DNA of 64,000 bases from Pocillopora damicornis (taxonomy: Eukaryota): positions 62,001-126,000 of the forward strand of contig NW_020844146.1 of the NCBI RefSeq assembly GCF_003704095.1, read 5' to 3'. This document shows positions 35,446 through 49,000 of the stretch, piece after piece. Position numbers and translations under genes: made by a program. The notes below the pieces were generated by a model. It saw only the letters and a list, made by a program, of their open reading frames with translations, did no database searches and was not told the DNA's origin. Every line of letters starts with the position of its first letter. Position 1 is the stretch's first letter.

Positions 35446-37579
35446 GGCTGATTTGTGTGCGTTACAGCGATGACAAGCGTCCCCGGGGAGGCTGAAGGCA
35501 GAAGCTTCCACTCGAGGCTTCGTCGCTTATCGCTTAACGCACTTAAAAACAGTCAAGCGCACACAAAACCGCTTGTTACGCACGCCACATGGAAGGCGAT
35601 TTTTCATGTAAAAGTGAAAGAAAGCAGAATCTTTAACAGTACGATGATTTTATGCATCAAATTCGATTTAGGTCTGATATCTTAATACTCATTGCATGTT
35701 CATTGCAAATTGCCACCTTGAATTCGAAACCTCAACTCATGAAAATCGCTTGAAGTTTGTGGAACAGCCATGAAAGTGCCTGAGAATCACGGCAAGAGGA
35801 AACATGGAAATAATATGAAAAATAAACGTCAACATCGTGCTGATGAGCAATTCGAGATTCGCCAGAGTAAAGGCAACTTAATGGTTACTGACGAAACTTC
35901 AGATGAGACCGAAGTCAACAATCTACCTGTGCAAGGAAAACCATCGGTGTTTCCGGTCTGTGATTTTACTTTTCTCTCTTATAGCCCTTACTTTTTAAAG
36001 ATTTGCCGGAATCGAAATGACTCGTTGAAGCAACAAGCAAAGCTGTGTTTGTGCGAAGATTGGCTCTGTTGACTAAGATTTCTTCTTAAATCGAAGCTTA
36101 CCTCGTTCAGTTGCGTGCTGGAGTCACGAACGTTCTTTTTAGGCAAGAAAGGTACGCACGGTCGCAGTCAAATAAAATCGATAGTGGAAAGAGATGGTCT
36201 GCACCATACTACATTATGCATTCAGTTCTTGGATAGAGAAAACAATGACAAAAACATTACATTTCCACTGGGAAAACAGATTTGTTTTACAATAGTATGG
36301 AACTGTGCGGAAATTTTACCAAGTCTTTTTATACGTATTTGTCGCGTATTGAATGGTTCTCAAGGACAAACGCAATCACTGTTTTTAGTATGTAATTTGA
36401 GACCGGGTTTAGAGACGGTCAAATTTGATGTACGTCGTAGTTTGGAGCCTTTCAAAGATTTCGATGGCCACTTTGATCCTTCTTTAACAGCACTGACCAA
36501 ACGCTCTTTAATGGTGCATGTGTTTGAGACCGTTTACGGTCGAGAAAAGGCCTGTTGTTGCGTTATACAGCGTTACTATTGCATACTATTGTTACTATTG
36601 TAAATCTGCTTTCATAAGTAAAAGCAAATTAACTTATCGTGAGTATTGTATGGTAAATCTACTATCTCGATCATTGACTGAAGGACAGTTGAATGTGAGC
36701 CATGAAAGGAGTCACTTGACCAATGAATAACTCTACACTGCACACGGCAACACGCCGGGAAAGCCAGAAAGCAAAAGGCAGTCGATCGTTAAACGGTGTT
36801 GATAGGCTTGTGCGACTCCTGCCTTTCGCTTGCGTTTTAAATCTTTTGACCTGAAAGCTTAGCTGTTATTAGGATACCCTCTAATGACTTTCGTTTGCGA
36901 TGTGATATTAAGGGTTAGTTTTAAGGTGTCATTCCCCCATCTGTATGTTCTTGAGGTTTAGCAAAGCCCGTTGAGATTGTGTTACAAAAGGTGATATTTG
37001 CATGTGTGCGCACTATTTTTTTTGTTTGTTTTCAAGTATCAGTCTCTCTCGCAGAAAATAACTCCAGAGATACGTTTCTCAAACCCCTATTCTAAGTATT
37101 CTTTATTCTTTAAGCATATTTGAAACTCTGTACGTTTTTTATTAAACGTTGAGCGTGACAAATTTGTTCTTAGGAGGCGTAAGGCTTCTCCTTTCGCGAA
37201 TCCCTTATCTACGCTATTAAATGTATAATATGAAGAATAGTTCGTGTATTAGAAGGTTGCTGTCTCTTTATAATGCGTTTGCATGACAAGGGTCGATTCC
37301 CCGTTAAATGGCTCGCGAATTTGATATTATTCACAAAGCCATCGGCTGTGAGTGTAGCTGCTGTCAAATGAATAGATTCTCGGGCATGGCTGCAGTTTCA
37401 ATTCTTTCTGAATCTCTTCAGTCGCCTCCTAGCAACGAATTTGTCACGGAGGAATGACAGGAGTCGCACAGGCCCGCAAACACTTTTAAGATTTCAAAGG
37501 AACGGTAAAAGACAGTGAATCCCCATTTACATTCCACGCTTATTCACGCTATCTTGCTGCCACCAGAGATATTCACTCG

Positions 37580-38047
37580 GCTGGTCATGAAGTTGGTTCT
37601 AAATAAACCCGTGAAGAGATGGTTAAGAATATATGAAAGTCATATATTTGAACTGCGGATAAAGATGTGAATGAAAGTGATCCTCGCAGTGATGTGCACT
37701 ACTTAGGCAGTAGTGAAAATAAGGCCTGAAAAAAATTTATTCATTATTTTATTTATTCATCTCTTCACGGGTTTATTTAGAACCAACTTCATGACCAGCT
37801 CCCAGTTGGCTTGTTAGGTCAGTTGGTAGAGCGCTGCACCGGTATCACAGAGGTCATGGATTAAAATCCCGTACAGAGCGCTGCACCGGTATCACAGAGG
37901 TCATGGATTCAAATCCCGTACAGGCCTGAATTTCTTTCAGGCCTTATTTTCACAACTGCCTAAGTAGTGCACATCACTGCGAGGATCACTTTCATTCACA
38001 TCTTTATCCGCAGTTCAAATATATGTCTTTCATATATTCTTAACCAT
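37580..38047. mobile_element. tRNA-related SINE-like unit plus an inverted, circularly permuted partial copy
   Basis: A/B-box-like GGTCAGTTGGTAGAGCG...GGATTCAAATCCC with an internal 47-bp tandem duplication. 37580-37621 is the reverse complement of 37758-37799, and 37619-37731 is the reverse complement of ~37936-38047. Confidence 0.8.
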
Positions 38048-39221
38048 TTACTGAATATTTTGTTGCATCGGTAGTTTTCAGCGATCGGCCCGTTCGACTC
38101 AGAGCTTTCAATCTTTATGCAACCCCGGCTTTATTTTGGTCCTAGAAGCTAAACTTGACACGCACATGGATTGCTTAATTTAAGATATCATCATTCCGTT
38201 CAAGTATAATTCTCAACTAACGGGATCCAAACTGATTTGGAATGTAACCTTTTTATTTCATCGAAAGCACAGCGTTTTCGTCATGTTCGCACAATGCGCT
38301 TGTAACCTCTATCGCCAATGTTCCCTAACCAATCGAATATTAGTCGAGGTTCATGCGTTCAAAATTTTCATGGGTTGCTCAAAAAAAGTATCAAAAGTTT
38401 AAAGTAAGCCAAAAAATGGATATATTCGCCCAATTTCTGCTGTCTTAAAGGTCAATGGTCGCCATCAGATGGAGCGAAGTTAACCACGAGAACAGAGTAA
38501 AGAACAGTGATACTCACGGGTGCAAAAATGTTGCGACATCAGATACACGTTGATGTGACTTAGAGAAAAATATTTAAGTACATTTTGTTCAAAATTGAAC
38601 TCACCATATGACTGGAAGATTTCACGGAGCACTGAACCACACCAGAGAACATGCGTCACGATATGCCTGTTTAGGCGAAAACATATTACCATTATTGAAA
38701 GCAACTTCATTGTTTGATGATGTGTTGATGTTAACGTGATGTAAATATTCATCACGCAAACAACTCCCAATACATCGAGTTTGGTGCTCGTTCATCCTAC
38801 TCTAGATACACCGATTATAAATCGAAAACTCGATTTTTTTCAAACAAAGTTGCAAAGGCTCGCAGTTTTAGAATACTCGAATAATTGCACAAAAAAAAGA
38901 AAAAAAAAAGTACGCAAACAAGCTAAGATTCATCTGGTAAATGACAAACTATCACTGGTTCCTTCCTAACGAACCAGTGTTTCTCATTTAAAAAGCGTGT
39001 ATAAAAAACGAATATTATTTTGAGCATAATTTGGAAAAGTTGGGCATTGCTAGTAGCATAAAATGCGCTACTTTCGCTTTTTAGGAGCTCGCCTTTTATC
39101 GCTCTGTTATTTGTTTGTTTTCGTTGGTTTATTCATTTGCTTTTTCATCTAACATTTTCATTTTATCTTTTTCTAATCATTTTTTTTTGTCCTCTCTGAT
39201 TCAAGACATTTTATCTATCTC

Positions 39222-39342
39222 ATAACGGGATATGGTTTGATGCTTCTCTGGTTTACAGATTTAATGAATGTAACCGAAGAAGTTACAATTCATAGACCCA
39301 AAGTTTCGACACTCCTGTCTCGGTGCCTTCATTAACGGGATG
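39222..39342 (-). mobile_element. Penelope-like terminal repeat remnant with a degenerate hammerhead ribozyme core
   Basis: Minus strand GTTAATGAAGGCACCGAGACAGGAGTGTCGAAACTTTGGG (cf. CUGAUGA-stemII-GAAAC); the direct repeat TAACGGGAT marks both ends. Confidence 0.45.
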
Positions 39343-39496
39343 TTCTCACGTATTGCGTGACATACCAAAAATAGCGAAAAGAGAGAAGTCTAGGTACTAG
39401 TGTTTTCTCGAACCTCCTTCACCCTTCTTTTTTCTTCCGGCATCTAAAAATGGCTGGCAATTTGCCTACTCAGCTTATGGTGTACTGCTCTTTCTA

Positions 39497-42400
39497 ATGG
39501 GAAAAGTTGATTTTTTTAAGGTTGTATTTCAGGGTGATAAGACAACGTTCTTCCCTGGTGAAGTTATCCACGGTAATGTTAACGTTAAGGTAAACAGCGA
39601 TCTTAAACTTCGCGGCATTCGAGTGGAATTCCACGGGGAAGCGAAGGTCTACTTGTCTGGCGGAAATCATAGGAGAAAGCGCCCAGCCAATAGTGAAGAG
39701 TACATTAACCTGGTAGCCACCTTGTATGGGAAAGGTTAGTCATTTAAACACTTCTGTTGCTATTTACACAGCTTCAAGATCTTTGCGGGTTGATGTTATT
39801 ATTAATTACAGAAGCTTATGACATTAGCAGAGAAAACATATGATATGATTTAGAAATTGACAGAATTTTTACTTATTGATTGTCAAAGCTTCTAAGGCTT
39901 AGTGCAAAGAAGTTGTAAGAATTAGCGATATGGTTATAGATAGATGATAATTTGATAGCCATGGTAGACTCAGTTTGGCTTAGGTTTCTAGGGATTTCCT
40001 GCGTAATATTTACACGCGTCAACTCGCCTAAACACCACAACAGACTGAGGCTTGTTTTGGGACCAGACAGGTTATTAAATGTATATATCCTACGTAAATA
40101 GAATATTACACTATTACACAAAAGGTATTTGACGAATACACTAAACCAACGGTCCACTAATCGAGAATAAATTACAAACACGAATGAGATTAAGATACAA
40201 TCAAAACTGTCGATGGTGTGGGTGGAAGGGAAACTAGTAAAACTTTCTTAAAGCTAGAAATAAGCTTTTTGCTTGCTTGCTTGCTAGATAACTAACAGTA
40301 GAAATAATTTCGCCATTAAAACGCGTTGGCATGGTGAATAGTCATTGGCTCTACCCTAGTCTTATGACTTGCATGCTGAACAAATTGCTCAAATTGAGGA
40401 AAGGCTAATATGCACCTTGCCTGTACCCAGTCCAGACCTTTCAGTTATCGATGTCTAGATTCATATTTATAGAGATTAATATTCACTTCAAAAATATTGT
40501 GTAACTAACTAACTGGTCTGTGGAAAAAACAATGTTTGAATTGCTTACTAAATTAAAGAGGCATTGACTCTGAAGCTTGAACTGAGGGGCCAGACAGGTG
40601 GAGTGACTTAACTTTGTCATTCAGCTTGTTGGGTGATGATTTGAAGGTACTGGTTAACTAAGAACGGAATGGTAGTAAAACATGAAATGTGTAATAAAAG
40701 TTAATTGGTGCCAGTTCTGAGAAAGTGAAACAGTTCAAATGTATCACACGAGGCGACCATTTTGAACCCATGCCTTACAGTCATTCAATTTCAGCTACAT
40801 GTATAAAAGCCCTATCCTACTCCTATGATTTGCATGGTGAACAAAGTGCTCAGTCCAAGAGAGGACTATTATGTAAACCGCCTGTGCCTACTTTAGACTT
40901 CTCAGTTATCAATGTCTAGATTTATATTTAATAGAGATCAATATTCACAGTTTTCTTGTTAATATTTTACATCTGTAACATATTATAAAGAAATAATCGT
41001 TTGTTTCAATCCACCACAACTTCTTGCTTGAGGAACTAATAAAAGCCCAGTGTTTACAAAATAATCATGAACAAAGCAGAGATTAAGTCCGCTGCTATGA
41101 CTTTGCTGTGCAAAAATAATGAGGCATTTAAATTTATATGGTATGAAACATATTGAAATTCGGTCTTAACTTTAAAAAGCTCAGGTCCTGTGTGCTGTTT
41201 TCATCAGCCACTTACCAGCCAAGATTTGGCAACAGTTACTTCTCTCAGTTGGCAAAAGAGGCCAAGGGGTGTGGTTCAATTAGTTTGTGCACTTAGTTTA
41301 TACTTTACCTCTAAGAGCTAATAATAATGCCACTGCTATGAAGTAAAAAATTATATGCATTTTTTAAAATGAATTTAAAATGACACACTCTTCTTTTAGC
41401 ACCTGAGCAGTCTGGTGAAAATCCAGTGCTAGGGCCTGGAGAGTACAGCTTTCCATTCCAGTTTCACATGCCAAGTGATAACCTACCAACATCCGTTGAA
41501 GGAAACTTTGGTCATGTGCGATACTGGCTTAAAGCTTTCATCGATCGTCCATGGAGATTTGACATTACAACAAAATCAGTGTTCACTGTTATTGAACGTG
41601 TTGACATAAATCTAACACCAGGCTTATTGGTAAGTGTCAGCTTATGATTAAATGACCAACAAATATTTTGCTGTCTTAAGTTTCACAGTACTGTCCACAA
41701 AAATACTGTCCAAGTTTTAATTAAAACTCTTCAATCCCTTAGAGTGACTAGCATCTAATTTCTCCTCACAGTATCACTAAAGTATCAAACTGAAAGGTCA
41801 TGGGCGTAACTAAAGATGCTCTTGGACCTGTATAGAGAACAATATGGAGAGTGTGTATATTGATGTTTAAGGGTGTAAGGTTGGAAAAGCTTGAAGGAGG
41901 ATAAAAGTGTATTAATTGAAAAGAGACTATTTACCATGTCTGAGTGAGAAATGTCTACACCATCAGAATTTGGGTAGAAAGCAGAAAGTTCTGCAGAATG
42001 GCAGGGAAATTTTTCAGTCTCCTATACTTGACAGTGAAGTTAAAGTACCCTTTTTTAGTGCAAAATGGGGGACAACTTTCAGTTAAAACAAAAACTTAAA
42101 TGAGTTTTTGGATTCAAATTTCCAGGGTTGTAATAAATTATATATGTTTTGATGGTTTTTCTGTCCAATTAGCAACCTTGTCAAGTTGAAAAAGAACAAC
42201 AGTATGGATTTGCTTGCTTGGCTGGCCCTATAAATGTGACTGTTCAAACAGACAGAGGAGGTTACTGTCCAGGGGAATCTATTGCATTTTCAGCATTCAT
42301 TAACAACCAATCAGGCTGCGGACTCAGTGGGGCAGAGATTATTCTGTATCAAATTTCAGTCTACACAATTAAGGGTGGTAAGTTAAGGGTGGGTGGAAAA

Positions 42401-44065
42401 GAATAGCAGCTAATTGAGGTAACAGCCATTAAATGGTTGGTTGAATTAGAATGGAGTTATTGAAGTAGCCTAGTGTCTCAAGCCTTAAAGTAGTCTGCTG
42501 CTGCTAAATTATTATTGTCAGTTTTGGAAGGGTGAAGATGAATGAACTAAGAAATCAATATTGCTACCCTTCCCAAGTAGGGATATTAATCTTTTCATGA
42601 TAACACACTCCATACCTCAGTTCTTAACTTGTTGTCAGAAAATAATTGAAAAATTACAACTCTTATTAAGCTAACTACAGTACAACCTCATTTATTTCAT
42701 CTGTGATGAAGCAAAATGAAATCAGGAAGTGCAGTATTAAATATTTGTTTTATTAATAAGTATTCCTTACCCAAGGTAATACAAATAAATCTATTTTATT
42801 TTTCCATCTACTTTTAATTTAGGTATGAGTTCAGGTAAAACATCAGGAAAGCATGTAAATGAAATTGTGGCTTCATTAAAAAGAGATGAGATTAGAGGAG
42901 TTGGAGATCATCACCTGGAGATGGTACCACTTAAAATTCCCTCCCTTCCCCCCACAATGTCAAGTTGTAGCTGTATTAAGATATCATATGAAGTGAAGGT
43001 AATCTTATGTGTATCAAACATGATTGCTTCTTGGCACCAAAATTTTGAGCAACAAGGAGTCAGATTAGGTTACATAATGCCAATTAAATAATTAAATGAA
43101 AGTAATTTTACCTTTTTTAAGGTGAAAATCTTTAAGTTATTAATATTAAAGATTGCATATATTATTTATGCAAATGGTTTGAGCCTGAGGGTCACATGTG
43201 GCAATGGAGTATGATCGTCTAGGTGATTGTAGTCCTGAGGAGGACTGTTGGTGGTAGTGGTGACTGACATTTCAATAACCTAAGCAGAAGTCAAGTAAGA
43301 TTTTATCTTGGTTCTTCATTTGAAATAACATCTCTGGAAAAATTTATATATGATTGTTAATGAGGAAGATATAATTATATGGTTTCTAGATTATTATTAT
43401 CATTTTGAAATGCTTTCATTCTCATAACTGGGTGATAAATTATAATTTAAACAAAGTCGTTTCTGGTTAGCCTGACTACACATTATGATTGCTGCTCAGA
43501 ATGGTGTTATTGGTGTTTGTAACTGGCAGATAATCAATGTGATGCACTGATGTTCAATTTTTCCACCTGCAGTTCATCCTCCATGTCAGTGGATGGAGAG
43601 CAAAGGACCTTATTCTATCAGTTCCATTAACAATAGGCTCTGTACCTTACCAACCACCAGTTCTTCCAACATCTGTGGAACCCTCAGCTCCCCCACTCTC
43701 CCCTCCCCCCTACTCTGAAGGTCAGACATACCCTGGTGTGGGTAAGTGATTATCTAGACAAGAGTTTTGAATTAGACAAACAGTAGTTTTTCGTTGAAGT
43801 CTCCTGTCACAATCTTCTTACAATTCATTTATTGATTTATCTTTTTTTCTCTACAGCTCTTCCATCGTACGCAGAATGTGTGTATGGTGGGGTGTCTGTT
43901 CGTGACGAGAATGATTCCAACGACATGATGAGTGACTCAACCTTCACTCCAATGTATCCGTTTGTTAGCCATTACGAGGTTCCCTCTGCTGCAAGCCAAG
44001 ACTCTGCTACTGTGGCTGCTGCTCAACAGCCACAAGTCTCATCTAGTAAAGTGCCTCTGCCTTAA
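39497..44065 (+). CDS. Alpha-arrestin (ARRDC3/4-like) paralog 2, 6 exons, with PSAP, PPPY and LPSY motifs
   Basis: Exons 39497-39734, 41400-41629, 42173-42377, 42823-42998, 43573-43741 and 43857-44065, in frame; tail VEPSAPPLSPPPYSEG...ALPSYAEC...FTPMYPF. Confidence 0.93.
40370..40950 (+). repeat. ~120-bp diverged direct repeat (40370-40486 and 40831-40948) in arrestin-2 intron 1
   Basis: GCATG.TGAACAAA.TGCTCA...TCAGTTATC.ATGTCTAGATT.ATATTTA..AGAGAT.AATATTCAC occurs twice. Confidence 0.7.
43207..43300 (-). mobile_element. Penelope/retrozyme-like short repeat fragment (same family as 60388-60494)
   Basis: Minus strand GACTTCTGCTTAGGTTATTGAAATGTCAGTCACC...CAACAGTCCTCCTCAGGACTACAATCACCTAGACGATCATACT. 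Confidence 0.5.
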
Positions 44066-45586
44066 ATTTGAACATTTGTACAATTTCATGCATCGAAGTA
44101 CTAGTCAGTGCTTATTGTTTCCCCTCAGTTACGTCAAAGTACTTTATGTCAAGTTTTCTAATTTCTTTTTTATTGTAACACGTTAAAATTACCTCCAGCT
44201 CAAAGATGATTACACATTAGCCCAGCTAAATTAATTTTAAAAAAAGGGACAAAAAAATGAGTAAGAATTTACTGAGAAGGAACCTGGACAAATGATGAAT
44301 TAGACTGAGACGGTTTTTGATGAAAAATGCGAAAAATTTAGACCTCAATGTAATAATAGACATCTTTGGACTCTCGATGACCTCAATTGAAAATTGCTCT
44401 CAATGTAATCAGAGTGTGGTGGAGATGGGTGCTTGAAATAAGACCTAAACTTTCTAGCAATTGACTTTCATATTCCGTTTGAAATGAGAAGGTGATCAAT
44501 ATGTTTGATTAATTTCGTCTCAATGTAGATAGCTGAACTAAGTAAGTAATTAATTAAGTAAGCAAGTTAACTCTTTATTTAAAGAGGGTAGCACTTAATA
44601 GCCAAAGGGTTAATAAACTTGTAGCCCTCTTACAATACATTTGGTAATACTGATACAAATATAGATATCAATAAGTAAAAATAAATACATTATTATAGAA
44701 ATAGAAGAACAGTTTAAAAAGTTAAAAATGTCATGAAGATGATGCCTTGAGAGTTTAAGTACTTTTTATCAAAAAGGTATATAAGTTGTTTTAGACTCTG
44801 GAATTAGCCTGATATATCATATTTATTCAAGTTGTGGGTTCTAAATGGGGTAAAAGATCTTCAATAATTAGAATTAGGAGACCGTCAATTTTGAGCCCGC
44901 GAATGAAGTAGATACAGATTTTTTTTTGTATCATTTCTCTGTCTATGATAACTATTTTTAGAACAATGTTTTACGATTCGGATTAGTGATTTTAACTTTA
45001 CCTTGAGCAGCGTTTTTCCCAAATGTACATTTTGCTGTCGGTTTATGACTATGAACAGAGACGCGATAAAAAATGATTCAGTGATTTATTCAGAATTTTT
45101 TGATGAATTGTTATGTTAATATATAAATCTTCTAGTAGGTCAGTAATTAGGAATAGGGTGTTATTTGAATATCAAAAAAGTTCCATAGTGTAACTAGAAA
45201 TATTGGTAATTCAAATCGAAATTTATTAAGTTAAAGTTACAAATAAAATCCAACAACTGAAACAAAAGCACGGTGATCGATTTGCAGCAACGCAGTAACT
45301 TGATTAACAATATGTTAATGAGGAGCTTGATGTACTCCATGCTCCTGAAAAGAAGTTAACATGTGGTCAGAGAATTTCGCCGCTTATTCTTGATGAGCGA
45401 TTTCTTTACGCAAAAATTTCCGTATTCCCTCTCTCTCCATATTAGGGAATTTTGATAATGTTCTTGTTTAACTGTCCGCGTGTTTTTTTTACTTTAAGAT
45501 CAGATATATTATAATTGCTTGACAGTTATGGAGACTTGATTTCCTGTATTAGGAAAGATGAAGTAGCTTACCGCTTTGTTGTTGTC

Positions 45587-45602
45587 CTTATTATTATTAA
45601 TA

Positions 45603-45637
<35 letters not shown>

Positions 45638-45663
45638 ATTTTTATTATTATTGGTATTATTAA
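45587..45663. repeat. (TTA)n microsatellite
   Basis: Imperfect TTA run. Confidence 0.9.
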
Positions 45664-46051
45664 TATGCGACAGCCGCCTTAATGATAGAGGTTATTTTCC
45701 TCCAACAAACCGTATCGAAGTGGGAAGCCACTTTGTTCTATTACCCAGAGAAACTCATCTAAACAACGTATGCTTGAGGCTTCTTTTGTTTCAGCTGCGA
45801 TCAGGTCTCCAAGCTATTTTACCCATCAGCAAATATGTGAAAATTAGAATATGCAAATTTCTGTATAAGTTCTCCGCTCTAGTGACTCTGTCTCTTTATA
45901 CATAAATATGTTGTCATCAAGGATTACGAGCGAATATGTCTAAACGCGACTTTTAAGAGCAAGCAATTGAGGAAACGTTTTCCAATCATAAACATTCGTT
46001 TAACAGCTCAATCTTCAAGCTAAATTTTACCATGTAGTGTACAGAACTATC

Positions 46052-49000
46052 ATGGAAAGTATAGAGTTGTTTGCAGTTGAAATTTACGGGGATGGATGTT
46101 TTTATCCGGGAGATGTTGTGTACGGCGACGTATATTTGAAGACAAATGAAGAACTGACGGTCAGAGAAATTCGCATCGAGTTTTATGGGGAAGCAAAGGT
46201 TTCATGGTCCGAGGCGGCGAGAAAGAAGCGACTTGGAACGCGTGATTACTCGAATTACGAGCAGTATTTAAACATTGCAGTAACAGTTTATGGAAAGGGT
46301 AAGAAGCCACTGTACCTAGCTTGTAAATATTGAATACTGCGGGTGTTTTAAAATGCATAATTGATCGCAATATTGATCGGTGAAAATCAGCTGGCTCTTG
46401 AGTCATAAGTCACTTCGATTTTGCATTGCCGCATAATATACAACTGAACTTTGCGGTTTGTTGCATTGGCTATCTTAATATTCAGTTGCAAATGCTTTGC
46501 TGGGCATATTTCAAATATATACTGCTGTTTACTGCAGCTTATAATTCACTGTGAACTGATATCTCTTTATTCCTATTCACTTGAATGATACTTGATAACT
46601 TTCATGACTGAAGAAAATTTGCTTGCAGACACTGACGGCAAATTAAAGAAATAAAAAAGCACAACATTTTGTTGAGATCTTTAAGTTTTCAGGGGGTTGG
46701 ATTAAAAGATTTTGTTTAACAGGTTATCATATTCGACCCCTCGAGGCTCTCCGTCACTTCATGCAAAAATACGTTTCCAAAGCAAATGTCATCTCCAAGT
46801 ACTTTCAATTTAACTACTTAGAGTTAGCTTGTAAAATCGATATTACATTCGCTCTTGATCAGAACTTTCGGGTAAGATCTGTCGATCTCTAAAATGCAGA
46901 GACAGGCTCGGCTGCGCCTCGTGTGCCATTTGTTCTGTTTGTAACACATCTTGTTAGTAGACGTACGTCATCTGTAACATGTTACTGAACGTACACAGCC
47001 GGAGTTAAGGAATCTATTTTCACTCTACTATGAAATTAATCTCTTAACAGTTCCGGGTCAAATCGGCGCAAATCCAGTCTTGCCCAGTGGGGAGCATTCC
47101 TTTCCATTCGAGGTTCGGCTCCCAGAAGACAACCTTCCCACCACATTTGAAGGAAAACATGGCCACGTGAAATACTGGCTCAAGGCCATTCTTGATCGGC
47201 CGTGGAAAGATGAGATTAAGATCGTAGAACCGTTCACCGTCACGGAGAGGATTGATGTTAATCAGCCGGAGTTTCTCGTAAGATCATGCACCGATCATTC
47301 AGTACAATGTAAACTACATGAATATATAATTATAAAGCGCATGGCTACACTATTAATGGTAATACTGATGGTAAAGAATTTGAACTCGGAGCACCATTCG
47401 TTCAAATGGAGATGGAAAGAGAGCGCGAAAGAGTAACTCCGAGGCGCGAAAAATAGAAAAACCAACAAACACACCCACACACACATGCAAACCTCGTTGC
47501 TTAATCTTTTGACACCTATCTTAAAATGGGAAATTTTCCTGTTGCCGTTCAGTAATGACCGAGGCGGTGGGGGGGGGCTCAAGACGCAGCTTTGTCCCAG
47601 AGGACAACGGACCATCACCATAGGTTCCCTTGTTCCTAAGTTTCGTTGTGTTGAACTAAAACGAAATTTGGATTGAAAAGAGAGATATCAATATCATGTT
47701 TTGTTTCGCTTTAAGCGCCCAGCTCAAATCCAGGAAGACCGGACAATGGGTTGCCTGTGCTGTGTCTCTGGGCCACTGAGTGTCACAGTCAGGACAGACA
47801 GAGCAGCCTATTGTGGAGGTGAACTTATGACAGTGACAGTGTACGCTAACAACCAGTCGAAACACAGGATTCTTGGAGTGGAATTAGAGCTCATTAAGGA
47901 CACTGTATTCGTCGCATCTGGAGGTGGGTGGAACATTCGACCTTTAGTGTATTTCTCACAACAGAGTTATTCCCTTAGCGCACGTTCATTGGCTGACGCG
48001 GTGCTAAGCAAAGTACGTTAGTTCGTTTAACAAGTTATACTTAGCATGAACGAATTACTTTTTTCCGTTCTCTCTAGGTAAAAAGGTTTTCAGTGCTGAA
48101 ACTATCGCAACTATCACAAAAGCTTGTAATAAGACCTCGAACACAGACGGACATGACTTCTTTGAGATGGTGCCATTTCTCATCCCATCCTTAACGCCAA
48201 CTATGAAGAACTGCAGGTGTATAAAGATTTCGTACCAAATGAAGGTAAATTTTCCATGTTCACAGTTGTTTTTCCAGGGTTCCAATAACCGAAAGACGCT
48301 CTCAGACAAAACAGACACGAATCATCTTGAAATACGTTATCTAAATTTTTCAAGTATCTCGTTGGCACCCCGCCTGCACTCTTCCGGGCTCCATCTTAAT
48401 CATCGTCGGTCATGTCTGGATTTTATTTTCTATATTTCTTTCTTTTTTTCTATTTTTCCTTGGTTTACGGTGAAGATAATTTTACAAATTGCAAAAAATT
48501 AACTCATGGCAGTAATTAATATTAATGTTAAATAATAGAGTGCATTTCGACTTAGTTGGGATACAAGCAAGAAGGTAGTAAGAGATGTCTGGAGAAAAAT
48601 TTTAGTAAAAAACGAGTGACAATCAGTGACTGGTTTCTGAGCCATACCGCGAAAGTGGTGTGAGTTTTCTAAAACGCCTCTGACCACAGAAAATAGTTAA
48701 ACAGACCCAATGCAAGAGTCAATTTCAACTTAATTACTCCTATCTTTCTATTTCCTAATCTGTTCTTCTAGTCCACTCTGCTGATACGAGGATCCGTAAA
48801 CTTCTGTGTCCATTTACCAATCACCATCGGCTCCATTCCCTGCCAAGTGAGTACATCTCGCAGACCATCCTTAAAAGGCTCCAACTCTTCGATATCATCA
48901 GGTGTCACGTTCATGGGATTCCCGTCAACGTCTATGGAACACTCTGACGGTATGATATCATTTAATGAAGAAGGTTAAAAGTCTTACTTTCCGGATACAC

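Larger units (their letters stand above)
34648..38232. repeat. Pair of ~180-bp diverged inverted repeats (34648-34822 and 38055-38232) enclosing ~3.2 kb
   Basis: TTGAGAATTGTACTTGAACGAAATGATGAT...CGAACGGACCGATCGCTGAAAACTACTGATGCA versus its reverse complement at 38055-38232. Confidence 0.75.

Noticed and set aside
35770-36730. 100-162 aa plus-strand ORFs inside the inverted repeats
   Set aside because: No recognisable motifs or consistent splice structure.
37800-37925. Possible tRNA gene
   Set aside because: A/B boxes are present, but it is embedded in a repeat, internally duplicated and lacks a proper acceptor stem; it is SINE-like.
45576-45905. Poly-Leu 'signal peptide' ORF
   Set aside because: It is a translation of a (TTA)n microsatellite with a non-ATG start.
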